Shown here one piece after another: positions 8,235 through 17,674 of a DNA stretch of 36,330 nucleotides. The DNA is from Bdellovibrionota bacterium (lineage in GTDB: Bacteria > Bdellovibrionota_C > UBA2361 > OMII01): contig JBIKWG010000003.1 of assembly GCA_044356425.1 (NCBI GenBank), forward strand, positions 1-36,330, in the 5' to 3' direction. Within the stretch, counting starts at the first letter, position 1, and each line of letters opens with the position of its first letter. The translations under genes were made by a program, and so were the position numbers. The notes below the pieces were generated by a model. The model was not told where the DNA came from. It worked only from the letters and a program-made list of their open reading frames with translations, and did not search any database.

Positions 8235-9300
8235 AAAAAAACCAAGTCGCAACATGGAGCGTGTGGCTCGCGCCCTCTTTGCATCAGAGGACGAGGCACT
8301 CAGATTTCTTGACTCATTAGCAAGTGAGAGCTGCGCTAGAACTGCCGTCGCCTGGCTGCGAAACAGACCCTCTGAACAGCGGCCCTACAGTGCACCGAAG
8401 GCTCCGTGGTTACCAGAGTGGATCGACGTAGCCTCATCTGGTGAACGCCCCGGCAAAACCACCGAACACCTCGATGGCGATATCTACTGCCTTGACCTCT
8501 CTTCAACCTTTGCTGGTGCCGCATTTTCTATGATTCAAATACCGCACCCCAGCATCATCGATGTATGCGCGGCGCCTGGAGGTAAGGGTATCCTTGCATA
8601 TCGATATCTTCAGCCGTCTTTCATAGTTGCTAATGAAGCTATTCGCAAACGAACCGCCCAGCTAATCTCAAATTACAAACGATGCGGCCTGGATCCTGCT
8701 ATAGTTGTTTCGTATGACCCAGAGGACCTCTCCCAGCGATGTGGGCAGTACGGTGACCTTGTAATTGTTGATGCTCCGTGTTCGGGTCAGTCACTTGTTT
8801 TAAAAGGCATGACGGCACCCGGTGCATTTCATCAAGCGACAATTGGAATGAACGAACGAAGACAGCGACGAATCCTTGCGCATTCGCAAGCCTTAGTTGC
8901 CCCTGGTGGTTACCTTCTCTACTCAACCTGCACATTTTCCCAGGAAGAGAATGAGAACAATATGCTCTGGCTGTTGCGAACCTTCCCTGAATTTCAGGCT
9001 ATACCCATAGCGCCACTATCCAGCTACCAATCGAACCTATCAGAGTTCCCAAGCTATCGACTCTGGCCATATCAAGGTTTTGGAGCAGGCTCGTATTGCT
9101 GCTTGCTGCGTCGACAAGGAGCAATAACAGGCTTCTCATTACGCGACGCAAGTGCCAACCTTTGGAAGCTGTGGCGCTCTGAAACTGTCCATTCATCTGA
9201 CGGACCCAACTCAGAACGACCGCGCACTACTCAAAAAAACACCTCCAAAAAGCGCGAAAAGAAAGAGCCGCGGTGGCGTTACCGACCGGGAACAGCATAA
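8221..9300 (+). CDS. RsmB/RsmF/NOP2-family RNA m5C methyltransferase
   Basis: DVCAAPGGKG (SAM binding), ANE, VDAPCSG, YSTCTFSQEENE; overlaps the upstream gene. Confidence 0.9.
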   Translation: MQASEKKPSRNMERVARALFASEDEALRFLDSLASESCARTAVAWLRNRPSEQRPYSAPKAPWLPEWIDVASSGERPGKTTEHLDGDIYCLDLSSTFAGAAFSMIQIPHPSIIDVCAAPGGKGILAYRYLQPSFIVANEAIRKRTAQLISNYKRCGLDPAIVVSYDPEDLSQRCGQYGDLVIVDAPCSGQSLVLKGMTAPGAFHQATIGMNERRQRRILAHSQALVAPGGYLLYSTCTFSQEENENNMLWLLRTFPEFQAIPIAPLSSYQSNLSEFPSYRLWPYQGFGAGSYCCLLRRQGAITGFSLRDASANLWKLWRSETVHSSDGPNSERPRTTQKNTSKKREKKEPRWRYRPGTA

Positions 9301-9325
9301 CCGAGACTAGGCGCAAACGTATCAG

Positions 9326-10159
9326 CTAAGGCAGCCTGCTCTTCGGCACAATTCCGCGCACAGCGAGCGGTCGGAACTGCGGCAACGGGTAGCCTTGTGT
9401 AGTGCGTGTTGTGGGAGCAGCGAGACGCTGCGGTCCGATAAGCAGCAGCGAGACCTGCGCGTCAGCATTTAGAACCTCAATAGCGCCTTGGGCAGATAGG
9501 ATGGTGACCTTTACTCGTTCTGATGTGGATGTCGAAATTGACGCGATCGACACATCGCCACCTGCGATTATGAGCAGGTCACTGCTAGTAATGATGGCAC
9601 CCTCGCCGCGGACATCGCCGAGAGATGCAATGATGCCATACCCTGCTTCTTTGTGATGCCGCAGCGTAAGTGTATTAAACTTTATATTCTCTGCTAGAAT
9701 AAGATTGTCTGTTAATTCACCTGAAACCGTACAGGTCACGGGATGCGCAGGCGCACTGAATTGCTGTCGACGGTTTGGCACCTCAATGCCGGGGCAATGA
9801 GTTATGGTTTTAAAGATCTCGTGATAGTCAGGCACACCAGTTGGAAGCGGGAGCATTGCCGAAGTCTTTAACTGAGGATTCCCCTCACTACAGCCCATCC
9901 ACTCGACTGATGCCCCGTGTGAAGCAATAAAAAACGGAGCGCAGCTTGCTGTGAGCCCACGATCTTTTGTTAGATATGCACCTACACGCGCAAAAAGATC
10001 ATCAGCTTGCGCTGAAATTCCAGCTCCAAGTGCCCATGCATGTCCAGCATTCAGGGCAAGTAAAACCAGCGACTGCAGTAGGAGCATCCCAAAAATCACC
10101 GGAAGAAGAACAAATCCAGCACGACTGCGCTGCAGTTTGCGCGAACGGCGACTGAACAT
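9326..10159 (-). CDS. PilX/GspK-like minor (pseudo)pilin
   Basis: Basic leader then RAG|FVLLPVIFG with no Glu5, as in the PilX/GspK class; last gene of a four-pilin run. Confidence 0.7.
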   Translation of the reverse strand: MFSRRSRKLQRSRAGFVLLPVIFGMLLLQSLVLLALNAGHAWALGAGISAQADDLFARVGAYLTKDRGLTASCAPFFIASHGASVEWMGCSEGNPQLKTSAMLPLPTGVPDYHEIFKTITHCPGIEVPNRRQQFSAPAHPVTCTVSGELTDNLILAENIKFNTLTLRHHKEAGYGIIASLGDVRGEGAIITSSDLLIIAGGDVSIASISTSTSERVKVTILSAQGAIEVLNADAQVSLLLIGPQRLAAPTTRTTQGYPLPQFRPLAVRGIVPKSRLP

Positions 10160-10163
10160 ATCG

Positions 10164-11054
10164 TTACGCCACCCCCAGCTCATTCCACAAACCACGCAAG
10201 CGAAACAGGCGCGGAACTATCAGATGCAGGGCCGGAACCCCAGATGCCCTTACTACTACATCAAAGTATTCGACCTGTGGAGTTACAGATTTTCTTACGA
10301 TGCTGAGCGACCGTAATCCCCGCACAATCGGCTGATTCTCGATTATTCGGTCCCCAACATGCGAAACGAGGCGGAACTGGCCCGAGCGGTCGATAAACAG
10401 AGAGTATTCACGGCGCACTGGCCACACAGCGATGAAACCTTGGGGCACAATATCTTTTTGATTGAGTATGCTCGGTATCGCCCTGCCGGCAAATGAGCCG
10501 CAGCCAGCGGTTCCTCGTCGCAGCTCACCCACCAATGCTGTGGGTCCGCCTGGGCCCACAGCAACAAAGCTTCGAAAATCGTCCGAGTATGGAACTGCTG
10601 CAAAGCTACATGCAAAGAAAGAGACCGTACTGGCCTGGAAAGATGTGCTCGATACGATCCCGCGATGAAGTGGTGATACTTCGATAACCGAGAGAACATC
10701 AGAACCAGACCGTGGTGCAGAAGTTCCTCCGAGCGATAGCAGAGGGTGCTTATCCTGTGCGAGCCGATCTTGAGCGACAACAAAAGGCCCGAGGTTGCTA
10801 CGAGTGCGATCTGCATCAGAGATCGCAGACCGCAAAATCGCACCCGCCTTTAGTTGCGCCAAGCTTGCGCTCGCCCCAGCGGCATTGAACCCTATGTTTT
10901 GAGACATGAGTGTCACCGCGTGACTAATTGCAAGCGCCGTTAGGGCAGCAACCCCGAGGCCAACCACCAGCTCGAGCAAGCTCCATCCACTCTCAGCCAC
11001 GCGGCATCTATGCAATCTGAGAACCACGCACTCTCCTACTTTAAGACGTTCCAT
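10164..11054 (-). CDS. PilW/GspJ-like minor pilin
   Basis: Class III signal ESG|WSLLELVVGLGV; C-terminal NQPIVRGLRSLSI resembles PilW/GspJ ends. Confidence 0.75.
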   Translation of the reverse strand: MERLKVGECVVLRLHRCRVAESGWSLLELVVGLGVAALTALAISHAVTLMSQNIGFNAAGASASLAQLKAGAILRSAISDADRTRSNLGPFVVAQDRLAQDKHPLLSLGGTSAPRSGSDVLSVIEVSPLHRGIVSSTSFQASTVSFFACSFAAVPYSDDFRSFVAVGPGGPTALVGELRRGTAGCGSFAGRAIPSILNQKDIVPQGFIAVWPVRREYSLFIDRSGQFRLVSHVGDRIIENQPIVRGLRSLSIVRKSVTPQVEYFDVVVRASGVPALHLIVPRLFRLRGLWNELGVA

Positions 11055-11266
11055 TTACGGGATCCGCAAACGCAAGAGAACGCGACCCCATCATCATTGC
11101 AGCTCGGGATATTACAGTCGGGCTCAAGCTGTCTGCGAATATCGTGACCGACGCGCGAGCTTCGCGTGATAGCCATTGCAATCGTACAAGTGGTGCTTCC
11201 GATTAGCAGGAGAGCAATCAACGCCTCAACGAGCAGTGTTCCAGCTTGACGAGTGTTCTTCAGCAT
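11036..11266 (-). CDS. PilV/GspI-like small minor pilin
   Basis: RQAG|TLLVEALIALLLIG; four C-terminal Cys; overlaps both neighbours. Confidence 0.72.
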   Translation of the reverse strand: MLKNTRQAGTLLVEALIALLLIGSTTCTIAMAITRSSRVGHDIRRQLEPDCNIPSCNDDGVAFSCVCGSRKWNVLK

Positions 11267-11706
11267 ATGACGGTGATCCTGGTCCTAAGCGAGACAACGA
11301 TTGAACAAGAGAGTGTTCGAGACTTAAGAACGAAAGTTGCTGGCGTCGCGGATACGGTAGGATAAAATGTGAGCAGATGTCGGCTCTCACCTTGAGAGAT
11401 GAGGCGCAGGGATAATGGTAGATGCCGAACAAGAATCGAGGTACCCCCCTGATACTTGAGACTAATCGCATTCTTCGTTATCTCGGCGTCAACTCCCTGC
11501 ATCGAGGCGACAGCCAACATGGCCGCCTGCTCAAGGACCAACTTGATCGATTCGGCTTCTGTGCGGATAACTCGCCGCTCTCGCAATTCAGGCAGGTCTA
11601 CGGCCGCGACAGCGCAAGCTATCCCCAACACCGCCAGAACCACCATACATTCGACGAGCGAGACGCCAGCTTGCTGTGCTTTCATAACAGAGCAATCGCT
11701 GCTCAT
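11260..11706 (-). CDS. FimT/GspH-like minor pilin
   Basis: QQAG|VSLVECMVVLAVLGI, then EAESIKLVLEQAAMLA and LTFYPT..ATPATFVL. Start could be 11730, 11706 or 11685. Confidence 0.8.
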   Translation of the reverse strand: MSSDCSVMKAQQAGVSLVECMVVLAVLGIACAVAAVDLPELRERRVIRTEAESIKLVLEQAAMLAVASMQGVDAEITKNAISLKYQGGTSILVRHLPLSLRLISQGESRHLLTFYPTVSATPATFVLKSRTLSCSIVVSLRTRITVIC

Positions 11707-12429
11707 CAGAAAAAGTTTCTTGCACAACACTCAAAAAGCGCTCTGCCGATCCAGAAAGAGGGGCGCTCGTGCTCTGTGAGGTTGATATGGCCAGTTACGC
11801 AAGAGATACCCTGAACTTTGAGAGGGTGCTCGTAATCAGGATAGAGCTCTTACCAGCGTAAAAAGATGCTGTGAAGCTGGATATTCTTCAGCCTCGTGTC
11901 GCTATCGGTCGCTTTCAAGCAGAAACGTAAATACTCTCAAAGCTATAAGTTGCCCAACCTCTCTGGATTGGGGGTAGGGACTGCGCAGTCTTTTAAAACA
12001 CCTCCCGGATGAGGTTTCCATGCAGAGGTACCTCGCCTACGAAAGGAGCGAATCTCAAATTGAAAATCGTACCAGCCCTCATAAGCAGTACAGCGCTTCT
12101 GAATCCTTGGTCCATTTTTTCTTGGACTTCTCCTTGCACCATCGATGAGCTTGAATTTGTCTACTGTAAACATTTAGGAAGACTTTACGTGAGTCACAAT
12201 CTTTCAATATTCCAAGTTAGTTCGTTGTTGTTGGGGCTATCCCGACGATTCTGCGACCTCTTTGGGCATTAGATTCCGCTTCATCTTGCTGGCGGGATTG
12301 AACTGCTGGCAAGAAATTCCCGAGACGTAAACCACCTCGAAATCCACGCCAGTAGGGAAAAAACAACAGCTCCGGTCTAGTGACCAATGGCTGTCTGCTT
12401 TTTCTCCTTTTGCTGAAAGGGAAAAGACT

Positions 12430-13187
12430 ATGGGCGGTCTAAGTAAATCTCCTTTGTTGCTAGCGTCGCTAGTAAGTGTGGTGGGCTTTATTGCGTCGCT
12501 CATGCTTTGGCAAGCGGATGGCCGAGAGTGGTTAAACGTAAACGTTTGGGTCAAACCGGCTAAATTTTTCCTCTCCGTTGCTTTATATTTAGCTACTTTA
12601 CATTCTATATTGGGTGTATCGAAGGACACTCCTCAGCGAAGAAGCGCCTTACTGCCTTTGTAATTGTGGCGATGGCCATCGAATTAATGTGCATTGTTTT
12701 ACAAAGTGCTAGAGGCGTAGGTTCTCACTTTAACACCACCCTACCCTTTGACGGGCTGATCTATGCAATTATGGGAGTGTTTGCATTCGCTCAGATCCCC
12801 TTCGCCGCAACTATCTTTTACTATCTTTGGAATTCCTCGGTGTCGCTGTCGACCCCGGTGCGCACGGGAATATACTGGGGGCTCTCTGTTTTTCTGCTGG
12901 GATGTGTGCAAGCAGCTTTCATGGCTGGCGGAACGAACCATTCGGTTGGCGGCAGTGGGGGCGTGGCCCTTCCCTTCCTCGGCTGGAGCATCGAGTATGG
13001 CGATCTACGTGTAGCCCACTTCGTTGGTCTTCACGGTCTGCAAATTTTTCCTTTGCTGGGATATTTTGCTCGAAACGCACGATGCGGCACATTGATTCTT
13101 CATAGCCTTGGCTGCCTCTACTTCGCCTGCGTGGTGCTGCTCTGGTGGCTCGCGTTAGCGGGAAAACCTTTTTTACCTGCCTTGTAG
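12430..13187 (+). pseudogene. Conserved membrane protein of unknown function split by a -1 frameshift near 12600
   Basis: Frame 1 gives NVWVKPAKFFLSVALYLATL; frame 3 continues FYIG...IELMCIVLQSARGVGSHFN...GDLRVAHFVGLHGLQ. One base is missing around ACTTTACATTC. Confidence 0.75.
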
Positions 13188-13698
13188 AGCGCACTCACGT
13201 GAGAGATATTTATCCGACGGAGCCTTGATATAGGTGGGCAGACGCCACCGCTTCTTCCTAAATTCATCGAGTTGTGTCGAGCTTGTCAAACCATCCCCTG
13301 ATGACTTTTCTAAACTCCGGTTCTTCTGTGACGGAACGGCGGGCGTGAATACAACATGCTATTTTTCATAGCTTAGCACCACATATTCAGCTGCTTGGGC
13401 CGAGGACACCCCGCCCTGGAGCCAGAGGCCAAGCATTTCGAACTCAGCCAGAGCCTTGTCGGCAGGGCCATATTCGACTCGCCAACACAGCTCCGCTACT
13501 TACCAAAAGGCGCTTGATTGTCTGCAACTAATCCTCTTGATATTGGCCAAAACCAGCCTCTTAATGGCTCGATATAATGGGATCACCAAACGAGCCGCGC
13601 GTCTTATGCTTAGAATGAGTATCAATTGGACTATCGGGGATTTTCTACAGAGCGATAGTGCTCCCTTCTATGTTTCTCGGATTAACACAACGGCAAGG

Positions 13699-14109
13699 TT
13701 ACCCAACGTAAACCACTACCGTGCGGGTATGCGGCGCCCGCCGATGCTCCCAAAGGTAAATCCCCTGCCAGGTGCCAAGCACCAACGATCCAGAAACAAT
13801 CGGAATCGATAGAGAGACTGACGTTAAGATAGATTTAATGTGAGACGGCATGTCGTCTGGACCCTCTGCCGTGTGTGTATAAAGAGCATCACGCTCAGGA
13901 ACTAAGCGATTGAGCCAGCGCTCAAGGTCGGCACGTGCAGAGGGGTCAGCATTTTCTTGAATTGTAAGGCTTGCAGAGGTATGCCGGATAAAAACCGTGC
14001 ATATCCCCTCTAACTGCTCCGACTCGTACACGCATCGAGCAACCTGATCCGTTATCTCATGCAAGCCCTGCCCCGGTGTGCGAATCGTAAGGGTCTTTGC
14101 TCTTGCCAT
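13699..14109 (-). CDS. yjbQ: YjbQ/UPF0047 family protein
   Basis: HTSASLTIQENADP, YTHTAEGPDDMPSHIKS, LGTWQGIYLWEHR; start at MARAK. Confidence 0.92.
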   Translation of the reverse strand: MARAKTLTIRTPGQGLHEITDQVARCVYESEQLEGICTVFIRHTSASLTIQENADPSARADLERWLNRLVPERDALYTHTAEGPDDMPSHIKSILTSVSLSIPIVSGSLVLGTWQGIYLWEHRRAPHTRTVVVYVG

Positions 14110-14117
14110 CCTACTAC

Positions 14118-15434
14118 CTATGCACCGAAGGTCTTTGCTGCCCAAGCAGCCAGTGAATCAACTGCTATCTGCTCTTTAGATAACAGATCTTTTACCTGCA
14201 CCTTGGCTCCATTGTCTTCCACGAAGAATACATAACGGATTCCCTTGGCATCAGCATAATCGATCTGCTTGCCCAACTTCGGAGATTTATAGAACACCTC
14301 TGTTGCAACACCTGCAGCGCGCAGCTCGTTTGCAATCTGTCCGCATACGATTCGATCCGCTTCCGAATAAACAGCAACCAGCGCCTGTGTCGTGGTTTTC
14401 TGCTCAGTGGAGATAAGCTTCTTATCGAAAGCAAGCTCCATTAACCTACTCAAGCCTACCGAGACACCAACCCCAGGCAGAGCTTGATCGGTAAAGTCAG
14501 ATGCCAAGTTTTCATACCGACCTCCAGCAAACACTGTTCCGAACTCTGGGTAGTCGGTCATCCCTACTTCCACAACGATCCCGGTGTAGTAATCAAGCCC
14601 ACGAGCCACCGTCAGATCGATGACAACATTACCAAGCACTGATTCCGGCAAGAGAGCGCAGATTTTACGCAGGTCGCGTACTCCTTCTGAGATCGCTTCG
14701 CTTGAAAGGCCTAGCTGCGCAATCCGCTGCTCTAGCTCGCCGATTGGGCACTGCACGGTAGTGCTCTTAATGATCACTTCGATGGCAGCCTGAGAGAGCC
14801 CTTCGATCTTAGAAAGCTCTGCGGCAACGCCATCGATACCGATCTTGAGCAGCTTATCTACCGCGATGATAGCGGCTTTGCGCTGAGCCTCATCAAGGCC
14901 GACCTCAGCATACACCCCCCCCAACAGCTTTCGATGATTGATCCGAATCAAATAACGGCCAAAGTTAACTTCATTCATTACCAGACCAACCAGCGAGAGA
15001 ACTTCTGCATCACAGGAAAGTGGAAGCTCGTTGCGCGCTATAATGTCGATGTCGAACTGGTAGAATTCACGAAATCGCCCCTTCTGAGGGCGGTCTCCAC
15101 GCCATACCTTTTGCAGCTGATAGCGCTTAAAAGGAAACGAGAGTGCTTGCGCATGCTGTGCGACGTAGCGGGCGAACGGGACTGTGAGATCAAAGTGCAG
15201 CCCCATCTCTGCCTCATCACCTTCTGCAGCCCTCAAACGCTTAACTGCAAAAATCTCTTTGTCGATTACCCCTTTTGACCCAAGGGTGGTCAATAGCTCT
15301 ACGGCCGGAGTTTCGATTGGGGTAAACCCATAGCTTCCGTAGAGCTTCTTGATCTTTGCTATAATCCTGTCTTCAGCCAGCTTCTGCTCAGGGAGCCACT
15401 CTGGAAACCCTGAAATCTTGCCCACTTTAGCCAT
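14118..15434 (-). CDS. hisS: Histidine--tRNA ligase
   Basis: ISGFPEW, IETPAVE, FDLTVPFAR, WRGDRPQKGRFREFYQFDID, ARGLDYYTG, GGRY; C-terminal anticodon-binding domain. Confidence 0.97.
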   Translation of the reverse strand: MAKVGKISGFPEWLPEQKLAEDRIIAKIKKLYGSYGFTPIETPAVELLTTLGSKGVIDKEIFAVKRLRAAEGDEAEMGLHFDLTVPFARYVAQHAQALSFPFKRYQLQKVWRGDRPQKGRFREFYQFDIDIIARNELPLSCDAEVLSLVGLVMNEVNFGRYLIRINHRKLLGGVYAEVGLDEAQRKAAIIAVDKLLKIGIDGVAAELSKIEGLSQAAIEVIIKSTTVQCPIGELEQRIAQLGLSSEAISEGVRDLRKICALLPESVLGNVVIDLTVARGLDYYTGIVVEVGMTDYPEFGTVFAGGRYENLASDFTDQALPGVGVSVGLSRLMELAFDKKLISTEQKTTTQALVAVYSEADRIVCGQIANELRAAGVATEVFYKSPKLGKQIDYADAKGIRYVFFVEDNGAKVQVKDLLSKEQIAVDSLAAWAAKTFGA

Positions 15435-15745
15435 ACACTCCCCCCACACCTCTTAGCGCTGTCTTACAGAGCTGCAATGCCATAACAAGTGAACAAACGC
15501 CCGAACCGGCACGGCAGGACATTTACGTTACTCCCTATAACCTGCTGGTTTAACTCGCCTCTGTGAGCCGACAACAAAAGACAAAAGTATGTGTTTTGCC
15601 AACGACTTTTCCCAGTCGCTATATACCCGAAATGCATGAGTTTGCCACTTCAAAAGGGATATTATCTGCCGGATCTGTCGGGATACAACTTCACAAAGAA
15701 TTGAGTTACGGGTACTATCTGCAATCTGATTTTAGAAGGGGGCAT

Positions 15746-16003
15746 ATGGCCAGGATCCCGTGGAGCCGAATTCAAGACGCATTCGAAGGTGAATGGATAG
15801 AGCTAGTAGACTTTGCGTGGAAGGCTGAGCGGTTGCACCCTCACGCCGGTCGCGTGCGCCACCACAGCTCAAACCGCAGAGAGCTTCTTGAGATGATCGC
15901 CAAATCGGGTCGCTCTGAAGATGCGATCGTTCTATACGTTGGGCCGTCATTTCCAACAGCACTCGCATCGAGCTCTGAGCTTGGTGCCAGCAGTGTATGC
16001 TAA
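15746..16003 (+). CDS. Small hypothetical protein (DUF5678-like)
   Basis: RBS GAAGGGGG before ATG 15746; WSRIQDAFEGEWIELVD...GRVRHHSSNRRELL...VLYVG; overlaps the GH3 start. Confidence 0.6.
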   Translation: MARIPWSRIQDAFEGEWIELVDFAWKAERLHPHAGRVRHHSSNRRELLEMIAKSGRSEDAIVLYVGPSFPTALASSSELGASSVC

Positions 16004-17526
16004 ACGCGACTCCGGCCCTCAGACTCTACGCCCGCTGGCGCACTAGCCAGCTAGCCTCGCTCAATCCAGCGGCGACTCAACGTGCAGAGCTGCTAAAGCT
16101 AGTGCGCAAGGCGAAACACACATCATTCGGGCGACAACACGGTTTCGGCAGTATCTGTTCCGTTGAGGACTATCAGCGCCTCGTTCCGCTGAGAAAGTAC
16201 GAAGACTTCTGGAACGAGTTTTGGAAGCCTTCGTTTCCACATCTTACCGACTGCACTTGGCCCGGGAAGATTCACTATTTTCCGGTTAGCTCTGGAACAT
16301 CGAGCGGAACAACTAAATACATCCCGTTCTCTGACGAGATGCTAAGATCCAACACAAAAGCTGGACTTGATCTTCTGGTTCACCACGTAACAAATCGCCC
16401 CGCGTCTAATATCATGGGCGGACGCAGCTTTATGTTGGGAGGAAGCGCCGATTTGACCTCTCCTGCGCCTGACATTTATTACGGCGACCTCAGCGGCATT
16501 AGTGTAAAGAACCTGCCCTGGTGGGCCCGAGCTCGATATTTTCCACCACCAGAGCTCGCGCTGATTAAGAACTGGGAAGAAAAGATCGAGACGCTCAGTA
16601 AACTCTCGCTAGATGCTGACATACGCATGATATCAGGCGTGCCAGCGTGGATGCTGATCTTCTTCGACAAGTTAAATTCGCTAGTTCCTGAAGCTAGCGG
16701 CCAGCTCGGTCGGATATACAAGAACCTTGAGATGGTGGTGCACGGTGGCGTTAACTTCGCCCCCTACGTCGATCGATTTCGAGAGCTACTCTGTGAAAGC
16801 AACGCCGAACTTCGGGAGGTATACCCCGCAAGCGAGGGATTTATAGCCGTGGCAGACAGGGGCTACGGAGACGGCCTTCGGCTTAGCCTCGATCACGGAA
16901 TCTTCTTTGAATTTGTGCCGCTCGAAGAGCTCGACAGCCCGAACCCAACCCGCCACTGGATTGAAAACGTCGAAGCAGACGTAAACTACGCCGTCGTCAT
17001 GACGACCTGCGCAGGGCTCTGGTCATACATCATCGGCGACACGGTGCGTTTTTGTGACACAAAGACGCCTCGAGTGCTCGTTACGGGCAGAACGTCCTAC
17101 TACCTCTCAGCATTCGGAGAGCACCTGATCGCCGAAGAGATCGAAGATGGCGTCACCACCGCCGCTCGCGCAGTTCAAGCGGAGATCGCTGACTTTACGG
17201 TAGGACCCGTGTTTCCATCCGGATCAGGGGAACTTGGTGGCCATGTGTACATAGTTGAGTTCTCGCGCAATGAGCCGGCTAACGTGCAACTCTCTTGCTT
17301 CGCTCAAGAGCTCGACCGCAAACTTTGCCAACGAAATGAAGACTACGAAGCGCATCGCTCTGAAGGATTCGGGTTAAAGCCGCCGCAGATCATCGTTGCC
17401 AAACCCGGCTGCTTTGCTTCTTGGATGAAGAGTCGCGGAAAGCTCGGTGGCCAAAATAAGGTCCCACGGATTATTACCAATACGCAGATGTTGCACGAAT
17501 TAATTAGCTTTGCGGCCAGCTATTAA
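15997..17526 (+). CDS. GH3-family acyl-acid amido synthetase-like protein
   Basis: Adenylation motifs SSGTSSGTTKYIP, YPASEG, YIIGDTV; C-terminal GKLGGQNKVPR. Confidence 0.93.
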   Translation: MLNATPALRLYARWRTSQLASLNPAATQRAELLKLVRKAKHTSFGRQHGFGSICSVEDYQRLVPLRKYEDFWNEFWKPSFPHLTDCTWPGKIHYFPVSSGTSSGTTKYIPFSDEMLRSNTKAGLDLLVHHVTNRPASNIMGGRSFMLGGSADLTSPAPDIYYGDLSGISVKNLPWWARARYFPPPELALIKNWEEKIETLSKLSLDADIRMISGVPAWMLIFFDKLNSLVPEASGQLGRIYKNLEMVVHGGVNFAPYVDRFRELLCESNAELREVYPASEGFIAVADRGYGDGLRLSLDHGIFFEFVPLEELDSPNPTRHWIENVEADVNYAVVMTTCAGLWSYIIGDTVRFCDTKTPRVLVTGRTSYYLSAFGEHLIAEEIEDGVTTAARAVQAEIADFTVGPVFPSGSGELGGHVYIVEFSRNEPANVQLSCFAQELDRKLCQRNEDYEAHRSEGFGLKPPQIIVAKPGCFASWMKSRGKLGGQNKVPRIITNTQMLHELISFAASY

Positions 17527-17674
17527 CGCGCACAAAGAGCAGAATCCCTCACATTAGCGCCAAAGCGTAACGCACTAACGTGACTTACAAACCAACCACT
17601 GGCAGCCCAGACCTGACCCCTCTTGAGTCTCCACTTGTTTGCATTGGCAGTCTTGTTGGGGCTAGACTGAGGCT

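Noticed and set aside
12555-12605. Programmed -1 ribosomal frameshift
   Set aside because: The AAATTTTTC run is not an in-frame X-XXY-YYZ heptamer, and the conserved frame-1 sequence continues beyond it.
11943-12629. Short ORFs on both strands (76-130 aa)
   Set aside because: No motifs or convincing RBS, and they overlap one another.
17530-17674. yybP-ykoY (Mn) or NiCo riboswitch before the metal-transporter-like gene
   Set aside because: The characteristic conserved segments are not recognisable.
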